Source: Octopus vulgaris (taxonomy: Eukaryota). Taken from it: a stretch of DNA of 64,000 bases. The translations under genes and the position numbers were made by a program. How positions within the stretch are numbered: position 1 is the first letter of the stretch; every line of letters begins with the position of its first letter. The notes under the pieces were generated by a model that saw only the letters and a list, made by a program, of their open reading frames with translations, made no database searches and was not told the origin of the DNA. The stretch lies in assembly GCA_951406725.2 (NCBI GenBank), contig OX597831.1, positions 39,060,001 to 39,124,000 of the forward strand, in the 5' to 3' direction. Positions 43,335 to 58,300 of the stretch are shown one piece after another.

Positions 43335-43559
43335 ATTTCTTTAATTTGTTTTAGTCATTTGACTGCAGCCATGCTGGAGCACCGCCTTTAGTCGAACAAA
43401 TCAGCCCTAGGGATTATTCTTTGTAAGCCTAGTACTTATTCTATCGGTCTCTCTTCTCGAACTGCTTAGTTACGTGGACGTAAACGCACCAACATCGGTT
43501 GTCAAGCGATGATGGGGGGACAAACACAGACACACAAACATATACATACACACACACAT

Positions 43560-43622
<63 letters not shown>

Positions 43623-43812
43623 TATATATATATATATATATATATATACGACGGGCTTTTTTCAGCTTCCCTCTGTCAAATCCAATCACAAGGCTTTGGT
43701 TGGCCCGAGGCTATAGCAGAAGACATTTGCTCAAGGTACCAACGCGGTGGGATTGAATTTGGAACCATGTGGGTGGTAAGCAAGCTACTTTCCACACAGC
43801 CACTCCTGCTCC
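43335..43812 (-). mobile_element. SINE family S2
   Basis: Full reverse-complement copy. Confidence 0.85.
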
Positions 43813-43989
43813 TATTTGATTTGTGTCATCGAATCACTATTGGGGGCCATCTGAGTAAAATAAGAATTAAAGAGGCCCGGAGGTAAAGAATGTTTGAGCA
43901 CCATTGATTTAGATATTCCTCTATTAAAGGGAGTTTAGGTGGCTACACTGAAAATGTTCGTACTTGTGCATATTTACTGTTAGATTTTG

Positions 43990-44320
43990 TGAAGGTGCAT
44001 GGCCCAGTGTTTAGAGTGTCAGACTCACAATCATGAGGGAGTGAATTTGATTCTCGGACCGGGTTGTGTGTTGTGCTCTTCTTGAGCAAGAAACTTTATT
44101 TCACGTTGCTCAGCTATATGAATTAGTTGTGATGTCACTGGTGTCAAACTGTACCGGCCTTCTCCTTGGATAGCATCAGTGACATGATGAGGGGAGGCTG
44201 ATTTGCATGGACGACTGCTGGTCTTCTATAAGCAACATTGCCCGAACTTGTGTCTTGGATGGAAACTTTCTAGTTGCAATCCCGTGGTCATTCATGACCG
44301 AAGAGAGTCTTTAACCTTTT
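43990..44320 (+). mobile_element. tRNA-derived SINE related to S4 head
   Basis: ggtgcatggcccagtg head; ttcttgagcaagaactttatttcacgttgctc segment as in 1912-2153. Confidence 0.6.
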
Positions 44321-44394
44321 ATTACTAGATTTTAATTTTTCATTCTGTCACAACTATACACATGCAGTCACATATTGAATAATTCAATATGTCA

Positions 44395-44605
44395 CCGCGT
44401 GTGTATCGTTGGCGATTTTTTTCTTCCGTCTTCCCTTCCTTAGACCTTTCCTTTTTTTCTATGTTTCTGACGAAGAGCTCCGCTCCAAAACGTTAAATCC
44501 TCCTTTCTTTCCTTTCCTGAGCATCCAATAACACTATACTTGTTCCACGTCCTCGCGTTGTTGTGTTTTCTCTTCGTGTTTGCATGTTTGGATTAACTTT
44601 ATATA
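44395..44605 (+). mobile_element. Penelope-like pseudo-LTR relic, family A, hammerhead motif 44463-44497
   Basis: GTTT-CTGACGA-A-GAGC-tcc-GCTC-CAAAAC-GTT-AAAT (GAAA mutated). Homolog of 1410-1630. Confidence 0.65.
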
Positions 44606-44819
44606 CCGCACGCTCACATGGACCCCGGCCTTCTGACTGACTTGGATAAACAATTCCTGGATTTTTACACCTACGGATTACTGCTACCATTCATCCGGAG
44701 TACGCTACTGTAATCGCGATTATGTATGTATATATGTATGTATGTATGTATGTATACGTATATATATATATTATCTCCCCTTCATTCAACCTGTCTTTGT
44801 TATTATCTCCTTTTCATTC

Positions 44820-45030
44820 ACCCTCTTTTTTTGCCAATGAATCGCCATGCTGGACCACTAAACTCAACACGTTTTTACTTACTCTTTCTCTGTTTATTTC
44901 TTCTTATTCCTTTCTGTCGAAGCATGTAGTCTTGAAATGTAAAATAACTTTCCCTTTTTCCGAGGGTCAAACTCATACACTCGCTTGTTGTTCCAACACC
45001 TGTCTTCGTCTTTGTTTTTCTACAAATTTG

Positions 45031-45035
<5 letters not shown>
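44820..45035 (+). mobile_element. Penelope-like pseudo-LTR relic, family B, decayed
   Basis: CTTT-CTGTCGA-agcatgtagtctt-GAAATGTAAAA, and a tail cacctgtcttcgtctttgttt as in 28670-28920. Confidence 0.55.
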
Positions 45036-45080
<45 letters not shown>

Positions 45081-45115
45081 ATATGTATGTATGTATGCTG
45101 GTATGTCTATAACAT

Positions 45116-45146
<31 letters not shown>

Positions 45147-45160
45147 GATATAGATAGATA

Positions 45161-45314
45161 CATATAAGAGGGATGACCACTAAGTGGACATCCATTATGC
45201 TAGAAGTAGATCCCTACTAAATTTTCTTTAGAGCAATCCTTTCTCAGGGGTAAGACCATATGGGTCTAATTCTAGCATAATGGGTGTCCACTTAGTGGTC
45301 ATCTCCCTTATATG
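45161..45314. repeat. ~150-bp foldback with ~53-bp arms
   Basis: catataagagggatgaccactaagtggacatccattatgctagaa pairs with ttctagcataatgggtgtccacttagtggtcatctcccttatatg. Confidence 0.85.
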
Positions 45315-45429
45315 AATGTAATATAATTTTTCTGAATTTTCAGATTTTTCAAAATGCTAGACCACTGGTTTTAAATTGATATTAATCAAATTAATATTTA
45401 ATTTTTCACCTATATTATTTTAAATTTAT

Positions 45430-45529
<100 letters not shown>

Positions 45530-47868
45530 GTGAATACCCTACGGGCTTCCACAGAGTTTCTCTCGACCAAATTGTCTCACAAGGCATTTGTGGGCGCGAG
45601 GCCATATTAGAAGACATTTTCCGAATGTGTCGCCCCACGTGGCTGCAAAGCGATCTTGATAACCACACAGCCATTCTTTAGCCTATGGGAAACCAAAGAT
45701 TTAAAGATTTTCGCCGTGAAAATTGTAATACATGTAAATACATTATATCATTCTTTACGCACAGAGAAAGCGGTACGAATTCATAGCTGGGATTCGTAGA
45801 AAGAAAATAAAGAAAGTTGTCATGTAGGACAATTCCCTATGTGTTTCTGTGTGGGAAGATAATAACAACGTGTATTTACATTTGTTTAAACTTTCACAGC
45901 GAAGGCTTTAATATGTAGCTTAAGTACGATGAATAATGTATATTTGAACGTGTAAGAATATGCCCCGAGGTATGTAAAACTACACGTAAAGGATCTTACA
46001 TGGTTGCTCTCTGTTTTTGAATGAAATGAAGCTAGAGAATAAGAAAGGAAAATAAAGAATATTTGCAATAAGTCATCATCAGCGGCAAGAAGCTTTCGAA
46101 TTTAGATTTGAGGAGGTTCTTTGATGACGTTGCATCTGGTTGAGAATGATTTGATAGATGGGCTCCAGGAAAGTTTCCTTAAAGCTGCTATCGACTTTTC
46201 GTATATGGATTTTTTTTAACCTTCATTTTACAACGGAATGTATGAGAGAAGGCATTATTGAGAAGGAGTGGTTGATGGAGATTATATTTTGGGGGTTTAA
46301 CTTACTTCTGCAAGTAGCTCCCTTTTTCTTTTTCTATTCTTTTTAATCTTTTGCTGCTATCATTGAATAAATCCGGTTGTGCTTCTTCATGAGAAATATT
46401 GCCTAGAGCATGATATAGAAGTCAATGATTTATAAAGATGCCTTCAACTACACTTCAATGAACTGGCGTCCATTTTATACATTATACATCAGATCATAAA
46501 ATAAAATATAAAAGCAAAACAATACAGTAGCTGTTATTTGCTAAAAGAATATATTTAAAGTAAAGAGTTTTACATCTTATTTTTGCATATTTCGCTTCCA
46601 TTTGTTTTATTCTGTTTCTTCTCAATAATTTCTAAGGTATTTTTGTAAGTAGCAATATTTTAACATTCACTTTTATAATATTCATGTCTGACTACACGGA
46701 TGGAAGGAAAGAGCTTTAAAAAAATCATTATGCTCCTTGTGCATGGTTAAAAATCATTATTCTGTGCATGGTTCACAATCATTATCACAGTGCGCATGAC
46801 TAAAAAATACAGCAGCAACTGTAATTGAATTAACTACAAGTTATATAATAATATGTTACATAATAAAATGGTCTCATGAGATATATGTTCCAGTAAATTC
46901 TCACTACGTTTATGGAGAATTAAGTCTGCAATCTTGTTTCGATTCCAAGTTAGTAACACTTGAGTTATGTTATGCTATTCATAATATCTTTGCAAAAAGA
47001 AATGACCACGATGTTTTAAACCATTTTATTTCCTTTCTAACTCCCGGAGACAGCATCGTGTTATAAAAAAATTGTTTATTTTCATAACATAGTTACAAAA
47101 AGCAATATAAAACCTTCAAATGTGGCTGCGTGGTGAAATAGCTCGGTTCATAACTATGAATATTTTCTATCCAATACTACTACAGTACACGTTCAGAAAA
47201 TATTAAATTATTAAAGTTTGTTAATAATTTTCAGCGCAAACATGACCGTGTGGTTCTGAAGTACTCTTGGTTAATCACGTGGTTCTGGTCTCAGCCATCA
47301 GCGTGACAAGTTTGGGGAATGGTTTGCAACTTATGATCAGGGCTGACGAAAACCTCTTGAAGAGATTCTGCAGATGCCTCGGATTGGGAGAGGTAGGATT
47401 AGCATTAATGCATTAACCTGTTTGATACCACAACCAATACCTTAAGAGTACGTGTGGCAGAAACTCTTCTTTTAAAAACATATCTGTGCATGATCTCAGA
47501 ACTGAAGGTAAGTTAACAGGCCTTTATCCTCTACTGACTATATTATTTGCAAAACGTATAAGTCAGACATGTAAAGTCTGGTTGTTGCCTCTCTGAACAG
47601 CGGATTTTTAAAAAACTGTTTCTATACCAGCATAGTATCTAAAAAATCTGGCATTCAAATTAATAATTTTGACCTTCATTATGGTAATGTAGAAAGCAAA
47701 AAACCATTTTTCTGTATAGAGATGAAATTGTAGTATGAAGAAATAGATTTTGTTATTTATTCTATCGGCCACTTATCCAGCCGATAAATTAAGGGAACAT
47801 AAAGAAACCAACAGCAGTTTTCAAAAGCAATGGAAGGGTCAAATAAAATCACACACATACGTAAGTAT

Positions 47869-47927
<59 letters not shown>

Positions 47928-48292
47928 CATATATATATTATTATGGAGAAAGAGATTTACAAGGGCTTCTGCGTTTTCATTTACCAAATTCATTCGCAGG
48001 ACATTAGTCGGCCTAGAGCTTTAGTACAACTTGCTCAATGCGTAGTGCAGAGGGTTTGAACCGAAAACTACCAAATGTGGGGAGAACTTTTTAGGCCTTG
48101 TCCAAGCTTATATCTAACGTTGCTGACCATTGTTTCATAAACAACATTCCTTACCCTTTATATATGTAACCTACAAGATTTGTGGTATTCCCACACTTTA
48201 TAAATCGTCTTGTATCTATTTTGATGCACGAATTGTGAAATGTTTATACTATTGCTTCGTTATGTGAACTATTTCGATTGTATATGTTCGAT

Positions 48293-48675
48293 GGAGGCGC
48301 AATGGCCCAGTGGTTAGGGCAGCGGACTCGCGGTCATAGGATCGCGGTTTCGATTCCCAGACCAGGCGTTGTGAGTGTTTATTGAGCGAAAACACCTAAA
48401 GCTCCACGAGGCTCCGGCAGGGGATGGTGGTGATCCCTGCTGCACTCTTTCACCACAACTTTCTCTCACTCTTACTTCCTGTTTCTGTTGTACCTGTATT
48501 TCAAAGGGCTGGCCTTGTCACTCTCTGTGTCACGCTGAATATCCCCGAGAACTACGTTAAGGGTACACGTGTCTGTGGAGTGCTCAGCCATTTACACGTT
48601 AATTTCACGAGCAGGCTGTTCCGTTGATTCGGATCAACCGGAACCCTCATCGTCGTAACCGACGGAGTGCTTCCC
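48293..48675 (+). mobile_element. Young full-length SINE S1 (tail type 1) with 12-bp TSD
   Basis: TSD tatatgttcgat at 48281-48292 and 48676-48687; differs from 37477-37859 at only a handful of positions. Confidence 0.95.
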
Positions 48676-48869
48676 TATATGTTCGATACTGTTCGCAGAT
48701 AAGCTTGTTTTAGGCGAAATATGCGAACACAAGTACCTACATGCAGAAAAATATTATAGACACGGGACATCTCATTTTTCGGCCAGCCATTTGAGCTGAG
48801 AATGTGTTTTGAAAATAAAACAGCATGGGAGATTAATATTAGCCATTCAAAAACACAAAAAAATAAATT

Positions 48870-49540
<671 letters not shown>

Positions 49541-49959
49541 CGAACAAAAAGTTGTTAAATTCGTTTAACCAATTATTTGGTGTCAAAATCTTCGTCACAC
49601 TGACTGTAACCTGGTCACTGACACAGATTTTCTGTTATTTTGAATGGGTAATATGTGATGGTTTCAAAGTTTGGCATGAAGCCAGCAATTTTGACGAGAC
49701 GGGGTTAATCGATAACATTTAACTGCTACCATATTTTATCAACCCCGAAAGGATGTAGGTGAGGTTGACATCGATGGGATTTGAACCCAGAACGTAGATA
49801 GAGATTAAAAGCACCGCAAGTCATTTAATGTGACTCTTTAACGATTCCACCCGTCACCACCTTTATAATAATACTTTCTTACTTTTGCACAAGGCCAGCA
49901 ATTTTTAAGAGTGGGGCGGTGAAATCGTCCCCACGTCTCAACTGGTAATTATTTTATTT

Positions 49960-50179
49960 TTTTTACTTGTTTCAGTCATTTCACTGTGACCATGCTGGAG
50001 TACTGCCTTTAGTCAAGCAAATCAACCGCAAGACTTATCCTTTGTAAGCCTAATACTATTTCTATGCGTCTCTTTTACCGAACCGCTAGTCTACGGGGAC
50101 GTAAGCACTCCATCATCGGTTGTCAAGTGATGGGAGAGGGGACAAACACAGAAATACACACACACACACACACACATAG

Positions 50180-50215
<36 letters not shown>

Positions 50216-50385
50216 CTGTGTGTGTGTGTGTAAGGTTTCTGTTTCCGTCTACCAAATTCACTCACAAGGCCTTGGTCAGCCTGAGGCTATAGTAGAAGAA
50301 ATTTGTCCAAGGTACTACGCAGTGGGACTGAACTCGGAACCGTGTGGTTGAGAAGTAAACTTACCGCACAGCCACGCCAGTACCT
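49960..50385 (-). mobile_element. SINE S2 nested inside a tandem pair of decayed S3 copies (49665-50520)
   Basis: S3 sequence breaks at about 49955 and resumes at about 50390. Confidence 0.7.
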
Positions 50386-51339
50386 ATAATACTTATATCG
50401 ATCGAGGACGAGTGAAAGATAAGATTGAATTCAGTCGGACTTGAACTCAGGACTTAAAGATACGAAAAGAATACTGTTAAGCAATTCAGCTGATGCGCTG
50501 AGGATTCTGCTAGCTCGCTGCGTTTATATAGTAATGATTTATGTGTTTGAGGTAAGCATACTGCTAGTTTCATAAAGTATAATGCAAACAGTCTGCTTCT
50601 TATACTTATTTTCAGACCGATGAAATAATGAAAACATGGTAAAATCATCTTTGACACATTGGAAAATAGAACCGATATTAATTTAGATAACACAAAAAAA
50701 TTTAATTAATCCAGCGCTCACCTGTTTGCACCTGTTCACCTGCTGTAAGTAGATGCAAGAATTTTAGTCAAAATTCAATTTATTCCCCCTCCCATATCCA
50801 AATAGGGTATTTTTTTCTTCTATGAAAGAATTCAATAATAGTATTATTTAACTTTTGGAAATACAACAATATTATTGAAAATAATATGATGGTTGTACCT
50901 TTTTCGCTTGTTTCTTTTTATGTTTTTCATTCAAGGAAAATCAATTGTTATTATTTACATTTTGCGTTTTTGTTCTGTAGTAAAAATGAAAGCCACAAGA
51001 AAATTGATATTTTTTGCAGAGTATTAGTAGAACTAGTTGTAGTTGTTACATTAGGTGTCAAAACTTCATTTCTGTTTATTGCTAGCAATTTACCAATATA
51101 CCGAAATGTATAACAAAACAAAAGCTCATTCAACAAATTGAAATTACTATTGAAAATTTAATTTTCTATTTCAGATCTTATAAAATAAAAAAAAAAAAAA
51201 ATGTTAATAATAGAACATAAAATTCGCAAGGAAAAATCTCAAGCGTTTTTAACATCAATAATTCCCTGAAACTTTAAGGGAAGACAACAAAGAAAAATAA
51301 AAAGAATGGAAATTTCAAAAACAAGACAAAAATTATTGA

Positions 51340-53010
51340 AAAGATGAACAAAAAGGATAAAAAATAGTTTATTATTGTCAATCTAATTTTAGTTGAATGA
51401 ACTCAGATATTAAGTGTAGTTTTGTCGCAGAGGAAATCTTGCCCACCGACTTCATTTTTCTACAGCTTTAAGTTAAATGTCTTCTTTAAAAAAAACGTAT
51501 TAAAGAAAAAGTAAATTAAAAATATACTTAGATACACATATACATACATATATATAGATATACAGACACACATAGATAATACATACTTACATACATATAT
51601 AGTACATATCGTTGTGATCAGATTAAATATATTTAAAGCGAAATAGTTAGCTTTCGATCAGTTTATCTATTAATGAAGATGCACCTAATCGTAATCTTAT
51701 TTTTCGTTTAACTTCTTTATTAAATTAAGTTCTAGAAGAAATGATAAACTGGGAAGCGGGAAAGAGGTTAAATATTGAAGAAATTCAAGGTCTTTAGATA
51801 ATAACATATTTTCAAAAAAGAAAATAAAATGCGAAGATAAATATCTAAAAAATAACAAAACTAAAAAAAAAAACAAAGTTAAGGAAGATTGTGTACTCTA
51901 TCTCAGAAAAATAAATCTGCTTCTCTATAGCGTTTCTTATCAGAATATTTCGTATTATAGCCAGTCTAGTCTGAACAAATGAATATGAGGAAACCTACAC
52001 AGCTTGCAAAGCTCGTTAGAGAAACGTTTAAATAACGGCGTTGTTTTTATAATTGCAGCGAAAAAGTTTTATCTACTACGAAACTTCACTCAGAATTGCA
52101 AATGAGAAGCATAGAACAAAACTGAAGTTATAATTTCTCTTTTATTTGAATCTTCAATACATTTAACATAGAAAAAAAGCTGTTACAAACATTCTGATTT
52201 CTCTAAAAGAATAAAGAGAGAGCATGTATTCTTCTTGTCAGATTCTTCGGTCCATGGTAGCCTGTGTGTCCGGGAAGACAAAATAAGGTCAAAACACCGA
52301 GACATCTCAATGTGATTCACTTAGACTAGTTAATCGCACGTTTAAATGCAGGAGGTGTTCTCCTATGAAGAGAAACAACAGCAATAAACTATTCATATTC
52401 GAAACTGCCTGAACCTATAAAGAATGACTATATACGATCTTGCCTGGATTTTTTTACGTTCTGCATGAACTTCATAAATTGTTTTCTGTTTGGTAGACAT
52501 CAGCACGCATCAGAAAATAGTTTATTTGCTTATTTTGTTGAAAAAAAAGGAGACAATACTATTGTTAGGTACATTTATCTATTGTAGCTTTGATTGAAGG
52601 GACATATATTAGGGGGAAAACATCTCGGCAACACAAAATCTGTGAATCGTGTGTGTTAAGAATACACATCCTCGAAAGAGGAGATATATTCTCCGACGAC
52701 AAAAAGCAACAGCATTCAGATATTCCGTTCGAATCTACAAGAGAATTAATAATGTAGAATTAGGAAACTAAAGCAAATGGGAAAGTTTTCCAAAAATAAT
52801 ATTGAAAAGATTAACAAAAAAGTTTTTTACAAAATAGTCTATTAGTGTCAATCTAATTTTAGCTGAACGAACTCAAGTATTAAGTGTAGTTGAATCGCAG
52901 AGGAATTCTTGTCGGAATATTGTCCACTTATTTGATTTTCTTATAGCCTTAACTGTCTTCTTTAAACAACTTGCGAAACAAAAAAGTAAATTAGAAGTAT
53001 AATTTAAACA
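51340..53010. repeat. Diverged direct repeat, ~200 bp, at 51340-51540 and 52800-53010
   Basis: Both contain aaaatagt.tatta.tgtcaatctaattttag.tgaa.gaactca...attaagtgtagtt...tcgcagaggaa.tcttg. Confidence 0.8.
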
Positions 53011-53240
53011 TATACCTATATTGTTCTTACATTATTGATCAAGAATGAATAAATACGTTATTGTTTGGATTCTCACAATTCTACGTGCACCTTGTGAATA
53101 ATATATATACATACACACACCACACTTACACACAGATATATATACATATATACATATATATATGTATATACATATATATATATATACATATATATATATA
53201 CATGTATATATATATATATATAGTAGTAGTAGTAGTAGTT

Positions 53241-53279
<39 letters not shown>

Positions 53280-54538
53280 ATAGAAAGAAGTTCGAATTTC
53301 GATTATCCCCCACGTGGTGAGTTATAATATATGTAAGAAATTAAAAAAAGAAAATACGTTCACTTTACATAGTTTTAATATATTTTTTACTATATCGACC
53401 GGTTTCCCTATCACTATTCATGATATTATGTTTTATTTATTTGAATATGAATTTTCTTAAGAAGTAATTTTGTCCATCTTGTGTATGATGATATTTACGA
53501 GTGAATGACTTTAAAAGTAGAAATATAAGGGGAGGCAATTGATTATCGTTATTATTGTTATTGTTGTGGGCAAAGGAGATAACTGTTCAACTTTCGGTAA
53601 AGCGAAGGGAATATATATGTACAGACAAAAAAGGTTTCGAAAAACTTGTTTAGTGAGGGGATTTATGTACAGTGATGTAATCGTGAATTGAAATATGTAA
53701 AAAGATAAAAGTTGGTTATGCGTGCATATGAAGAAGTGTTCTGTATTTTTCAATGGAAAAAAGTTTCTTTATTTAAACGTTTTTGTGGAGATATTGTGTC
53801 TTTGCACTGGTAGAAGAGGAAGACTGTGAAATTTTCGATATGTTCACTGAGAGGAATGTTCCTGTATTGCGGGCAACGGATTTGTTCTCTATGTAGTGTA
53901 GTTCTCTTTCTCAAGGTCATACTCGTCTGTCCAATATAGTTGTGTCCGCAACTAGAGCAGACTATTACATAAATTAGGTTCTCAGAGGCACATGGGTCTT
54001 GATCATTGGAAACAAAGCAGTTATATTGATGTTACTAAACATTCAAGTCATTACTCTGTTTAATGCACTTTCAAGATCTACCATCTTTGACCATCGTGGA
54101 TTATAGTAACTGTCGACTTACTTTTATACAACAAATAAATTTCATGTTGTGGAATGAACTGCCACCCCCGCCCCACGTGACATTCGGTGGACTGGAAGAG
54201 CCTTATAAACAGATGAGCCAGCAGACAGTTGAGGTCGAACAGTGTGACCGTTAGTCTTTATTATTGATGCTGCGTTGGAGCATTAGGCTGTTATTGTACG
54301 AACGGTTATAAGATAACCAATTCTTGTTACAGTGCTTATTGTTATACGGTTATATTTGGTACTGTGATATATTGTTACACATCATATTCTATCACTGGCG
54401 ATATAACATTTTAATTCATCAACTATAAAAAATGAATACGCCCACTGACAAATTAATCCGCAATTTTAGAACTTATAAAATTACCGAGCAGAACGCTGCA
54501 AGGTTGCAGTTTTGATACGATAAATATAAAGAAGTCAA

Positions 54539-54847
54539 TGTTCGCCTTAGAAGCGCTGAAATGTGTATTGTGAGATACAAATAAGATAATAATATATTTT
54601 AAAACGCACAAACGCTAATAGAACATCAGAGACAGGAAACAAAATCCATAAAAAGGGGAAAAATATATCAAAGTGTAATCAAAAAGATGTGAGTTCGATT
54701 CTCATGGCTGGTTGCTGACATATTTTCCCGCTTTATATAGATATTTTATCCTGTCCCTGCTGTTCTATCAGCGTTTGTGCGTTTTAAAATATATTATCAT
54801 CTTATTTGTATCTCACAATACACATTTCAGCGCTTCTAAGGCGAACA
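54539..54847. repeat. 309-bp near-perfect palindrome (arms ~130 bp) with B-box-like loop
   Basis: 54539-54670 vs 54716-54847. The outer ~85 bp differ at 2 positions; the loop contains gagttcgattctc. Confidence 0.92.
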
Positions 54848-55404
54848 AAGCCAGCAATTTTAAGGGGTAGCAAAGTCGATTACATCAACCCCAGTAGTCG
54901 TCTTGTAATCAATTTACTACAAGATCTCTCTTGAAGGACACATTGAATAACATAGTCCTATATACACTATTCCTGAAAACAAACAGTGTGTAATTACCAT
55001 TGAACATATATTTGATGTGCAGTTTCATTTTCGAGAATGTAACACCAAGATATTTTCCCAAAGACATTAAAACCTGATTTTGCTGTATTGCATCACCTAC
55101 TTCGGAAGCAGCCACAGAAAAGGATCTGTAAGTTGTTTTGAAATCTATTAACGTATTAATCATTCATTGTTGCTGTTGTTGTTGTTGCTGCTGCTCCTGC
55201 TGATGCTGCTTACGTTAGTAAAACAACGCAGCTAGACTATGCTGTTTAACCCACATGAAGATAACGAAATGCTGGCTAGAGACATATAAACCAAAAGTGA
55301 AATATTGATTTATATTAAAATATGTATGTATATATGTTTGTGTGTGTGTGTATGTGCGCGTATGTATGTTTGTATATGCATATACAGATAGACACATATA
55401 TATA

Positions 55405-55467
<63 letters not shown>

Positions 55468-55849
55468 TCTTTTATAAATATATATAAGTATGCATATGAA
55501 TTAACAAAGAATAACAAAAAATACCATAACAAGAGACAAATTTAAAACTCTGCTACTAATTCTATTTCTAAAGTAACATTGAATCGATATGATTTTCCTA
55601 TCTGACTTTACATTCAATTAAAAACAAATTTACAAATTAAGAAATATTAAAACTAATTAACTTTAAATTTTCATATAAATTTCCATTAATGAGAGAATAT
55701 TAAAACAAGACAGTAGACATTAAAATGATGAATCAGTTTACGATTGCAGGTCACCAGTTTCTAGTGTTCTCAAAAGTGAAAATGCTATGGATTATAATTT
55801 ATAGCATGTAGACTTTATTTACGTATTTATTTATTTTCTGTTCTCTTCT

Positions 55850-55933
55850 TCTATTCTTTTACTTGTTTCAGTTATTAGACAGCGGCCACGCTGGAGCACA
55901 GAATTTTTAATAGAATGAATCAACCCCCAGAGC

Positions 55934-55966
<33 letters not shown>

Positions 55967-56118
55967 GTTTCATTTTTCTTTTTAAGCTTTGTACTTATTC
56001 TAACGGCCTCTTCTGCCGAACTGCTAATATACTGGGACGTAAACAAACCAACACTGTTTGTCAATCGATGGTTGTGTACAAACACAAACACACACATACA
56101 CACACACACATACACACA

Positions 56119-56150
<32 letters not shown>

Positions 56151-56280
56151 GACGATGGGGTTCTTTCAGTGTCCGTCTACCAAATCCACTCCCACGGCTT
56201 TGGTCGACCCGAGACTATAACAGAAGTCACTTGCCCAACGCACCATACAGTGGGACTGAACCATGGAGTTGGGAAGCAAA
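55850..56280 (-). mobile_element. SINE family S2
   Basis: Collinear diverged copy. Confidence 0.75.
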
Positions 56281-57369
56281 CTTCTTTAAGTTACAGGAAT
56301 CACTGGAACTTATGATAAATGAAAATACAGTATTTTTTCCCTTGTTTATACACAACGCAAGAAATTTTGAAGCGAATGTAAATAGACAATGCGATTGGCC
56401 ATTGTACTTCCCAGGTTCTTAATTGTATCAACCCTGAATGGATGTGCAAAGCGCATGGCCTTGTGGTTGTGGGTGTTGTATTCAGGATTAATCATGACTC
56501 CGATTGCAGGATCCGAGCGGTGCGATATACTCTTTAGTAAACCACTTCATCTCATGTTGCTCCACAGTACACTCAGCTGTGAATGAGTAACCATGCAATG
56601 AACTACCCTACCGCCGTTCAACGTTGAGATTTCGGTCACTTATGCCAAATAGAAAATGAATAGCCGGCTATATGATTCCAAGGGCTCGAGAGAGTAGTGT
56701 CCAGAGGAAGATGATAATGATGATGATGATGATAATGATGATGATGATGATGAGGAGGAGGAGGAGGAGGAGGAGGAGGAGGAGGGGGACGACGACGACG
56801 ACGATGAGGGCAAATTGACCTCGGCGTGATTTGATCTCATAACATAAACCGCCTGAACAATTACCACAATGCATTATTTTTCTAACGCTCTAACAATTCA
56901 GCCGATGATCCACCGCCTATAATGCTTTCCGATTCAGTCCCAAGACCAGCAATTTTCAAGAGAGTAAGTGCTGCAGATGCTATTGAATATATTTCGATGA
57001 CCCCCGAAAGGAAGAAAGACAGAAGTAACCTCGGCGAGATTTGAACTTCGTAATTAATGATCTGAAACAAATATTGCCAGACACATTTTGTCCGACGTTC
57101 TGACGACTCTGATATTTCACTTAAGAAAATAATGGTTTCTTTTTCAGACTCAAAGTCAATAGTCCTGAATGTGGGAGATTAGTCAACGTTCCGACTCCAA
57201 AATTTGACTAACTTTTTATTTGATCAACTTCAAAAAGATAATAAGCAAGTTTGATCACAGCGAAATTTGATCTCATAACTTAAAAAACTTGAACAAACAG
57301 TATGGGACAGGACAATTTTCGAACACTCTATTGATACTACTAGCTTAACCTACTGATTACACTATTCTT

Positions 57370-57575
57370 TTGTTCTTTTACTTGTTTCAGTCATTTGACT
57401 GCGGCCATGCTGGAGCACCGCCTTTAGTCGAAGAAATTGACGCCAGGACTCATTCCTTGTAAGCCTAGTACTTATTCTATCGGTTGCTTTTGCCCAAACA
57501 CTGTGTTACAGAGTCGTAAACACACCAACATCAGTTGTCAAGTGATGGTGGAAGGTCAAACACAGACACACAAAT

Positions 57576-57627
<52 letters not shown>

Positions 57628-57797
57628 GTATATATACAACGGGCTTCTTTCAGTTTCTGTCTACCAAATCCACTTACAAGGCATTGGTCGACCCGAGGCT
57701 ATAGTAGAAGACACTTGCCCAAGGTGCCACGTAGTGAGACTGAACTCAGAACCATGTGATTGGTATGTAAGCTACTTACCACACAGCCACTCCTATG
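57370..57797 (-). mobile_element. SINE family S2
   Basis: Full reverse-complement copy; a (+) 5' half lies at 58392-58550. Confidence 0.85.
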
Positions 57798-58073
57798 GCT
57801 TCTGATTTAGGCGCAAGATCAACAACTTTGAGTAAGGAAGCTAAATCGATACCAGATATTATAGTCCTGGACTAGTCTGTATTTTATTGATTCCAAATTA
57901 AAAGCAGACTTAAGCACAGCGCAATTCAAACTCACATTCTAGGAAATAGTGCTTTCTAATTTTGGCGTAAAGCAAGCAATGTTAGGGTAGGGGTAAGTCG
58001 ATCATATTGGTTCAAATGTTTGGTTCATACTTTCTTTTATAGACCCCAAAAGGATGAAAGATAAAGTTGGTCT

Positions 58074-58300
58074 CGGCGAGCTGGCAGAACCGTTAGCACG
58101 CCGGGCGAAATGTGTAGCCGTATTTCGTCTGCCGCTACATTCTGAGTTCAAATTCCGCCGAGGTCGACTTTGCCTTTCATCCTTTCGGGGTCGATTAAAT
58201 AAGTACCAGTTACGCACTGGGGTCGATATAATTGACTTAATCCCTTTCTCTGTCCTTGTTTGTCCCCTCTATGTTTAGCCCCCTGTGGGCAATAAAGAAA
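58074..58300 (+). mobile_element. SINE family S3, well preserved
   Basis: ggcgagctggcagaaccgttagcacgccgggcgaaatg...gagttcaaattcc B box...agccccctgtgggcaataaagaaa tail. Confidence 0.9.
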
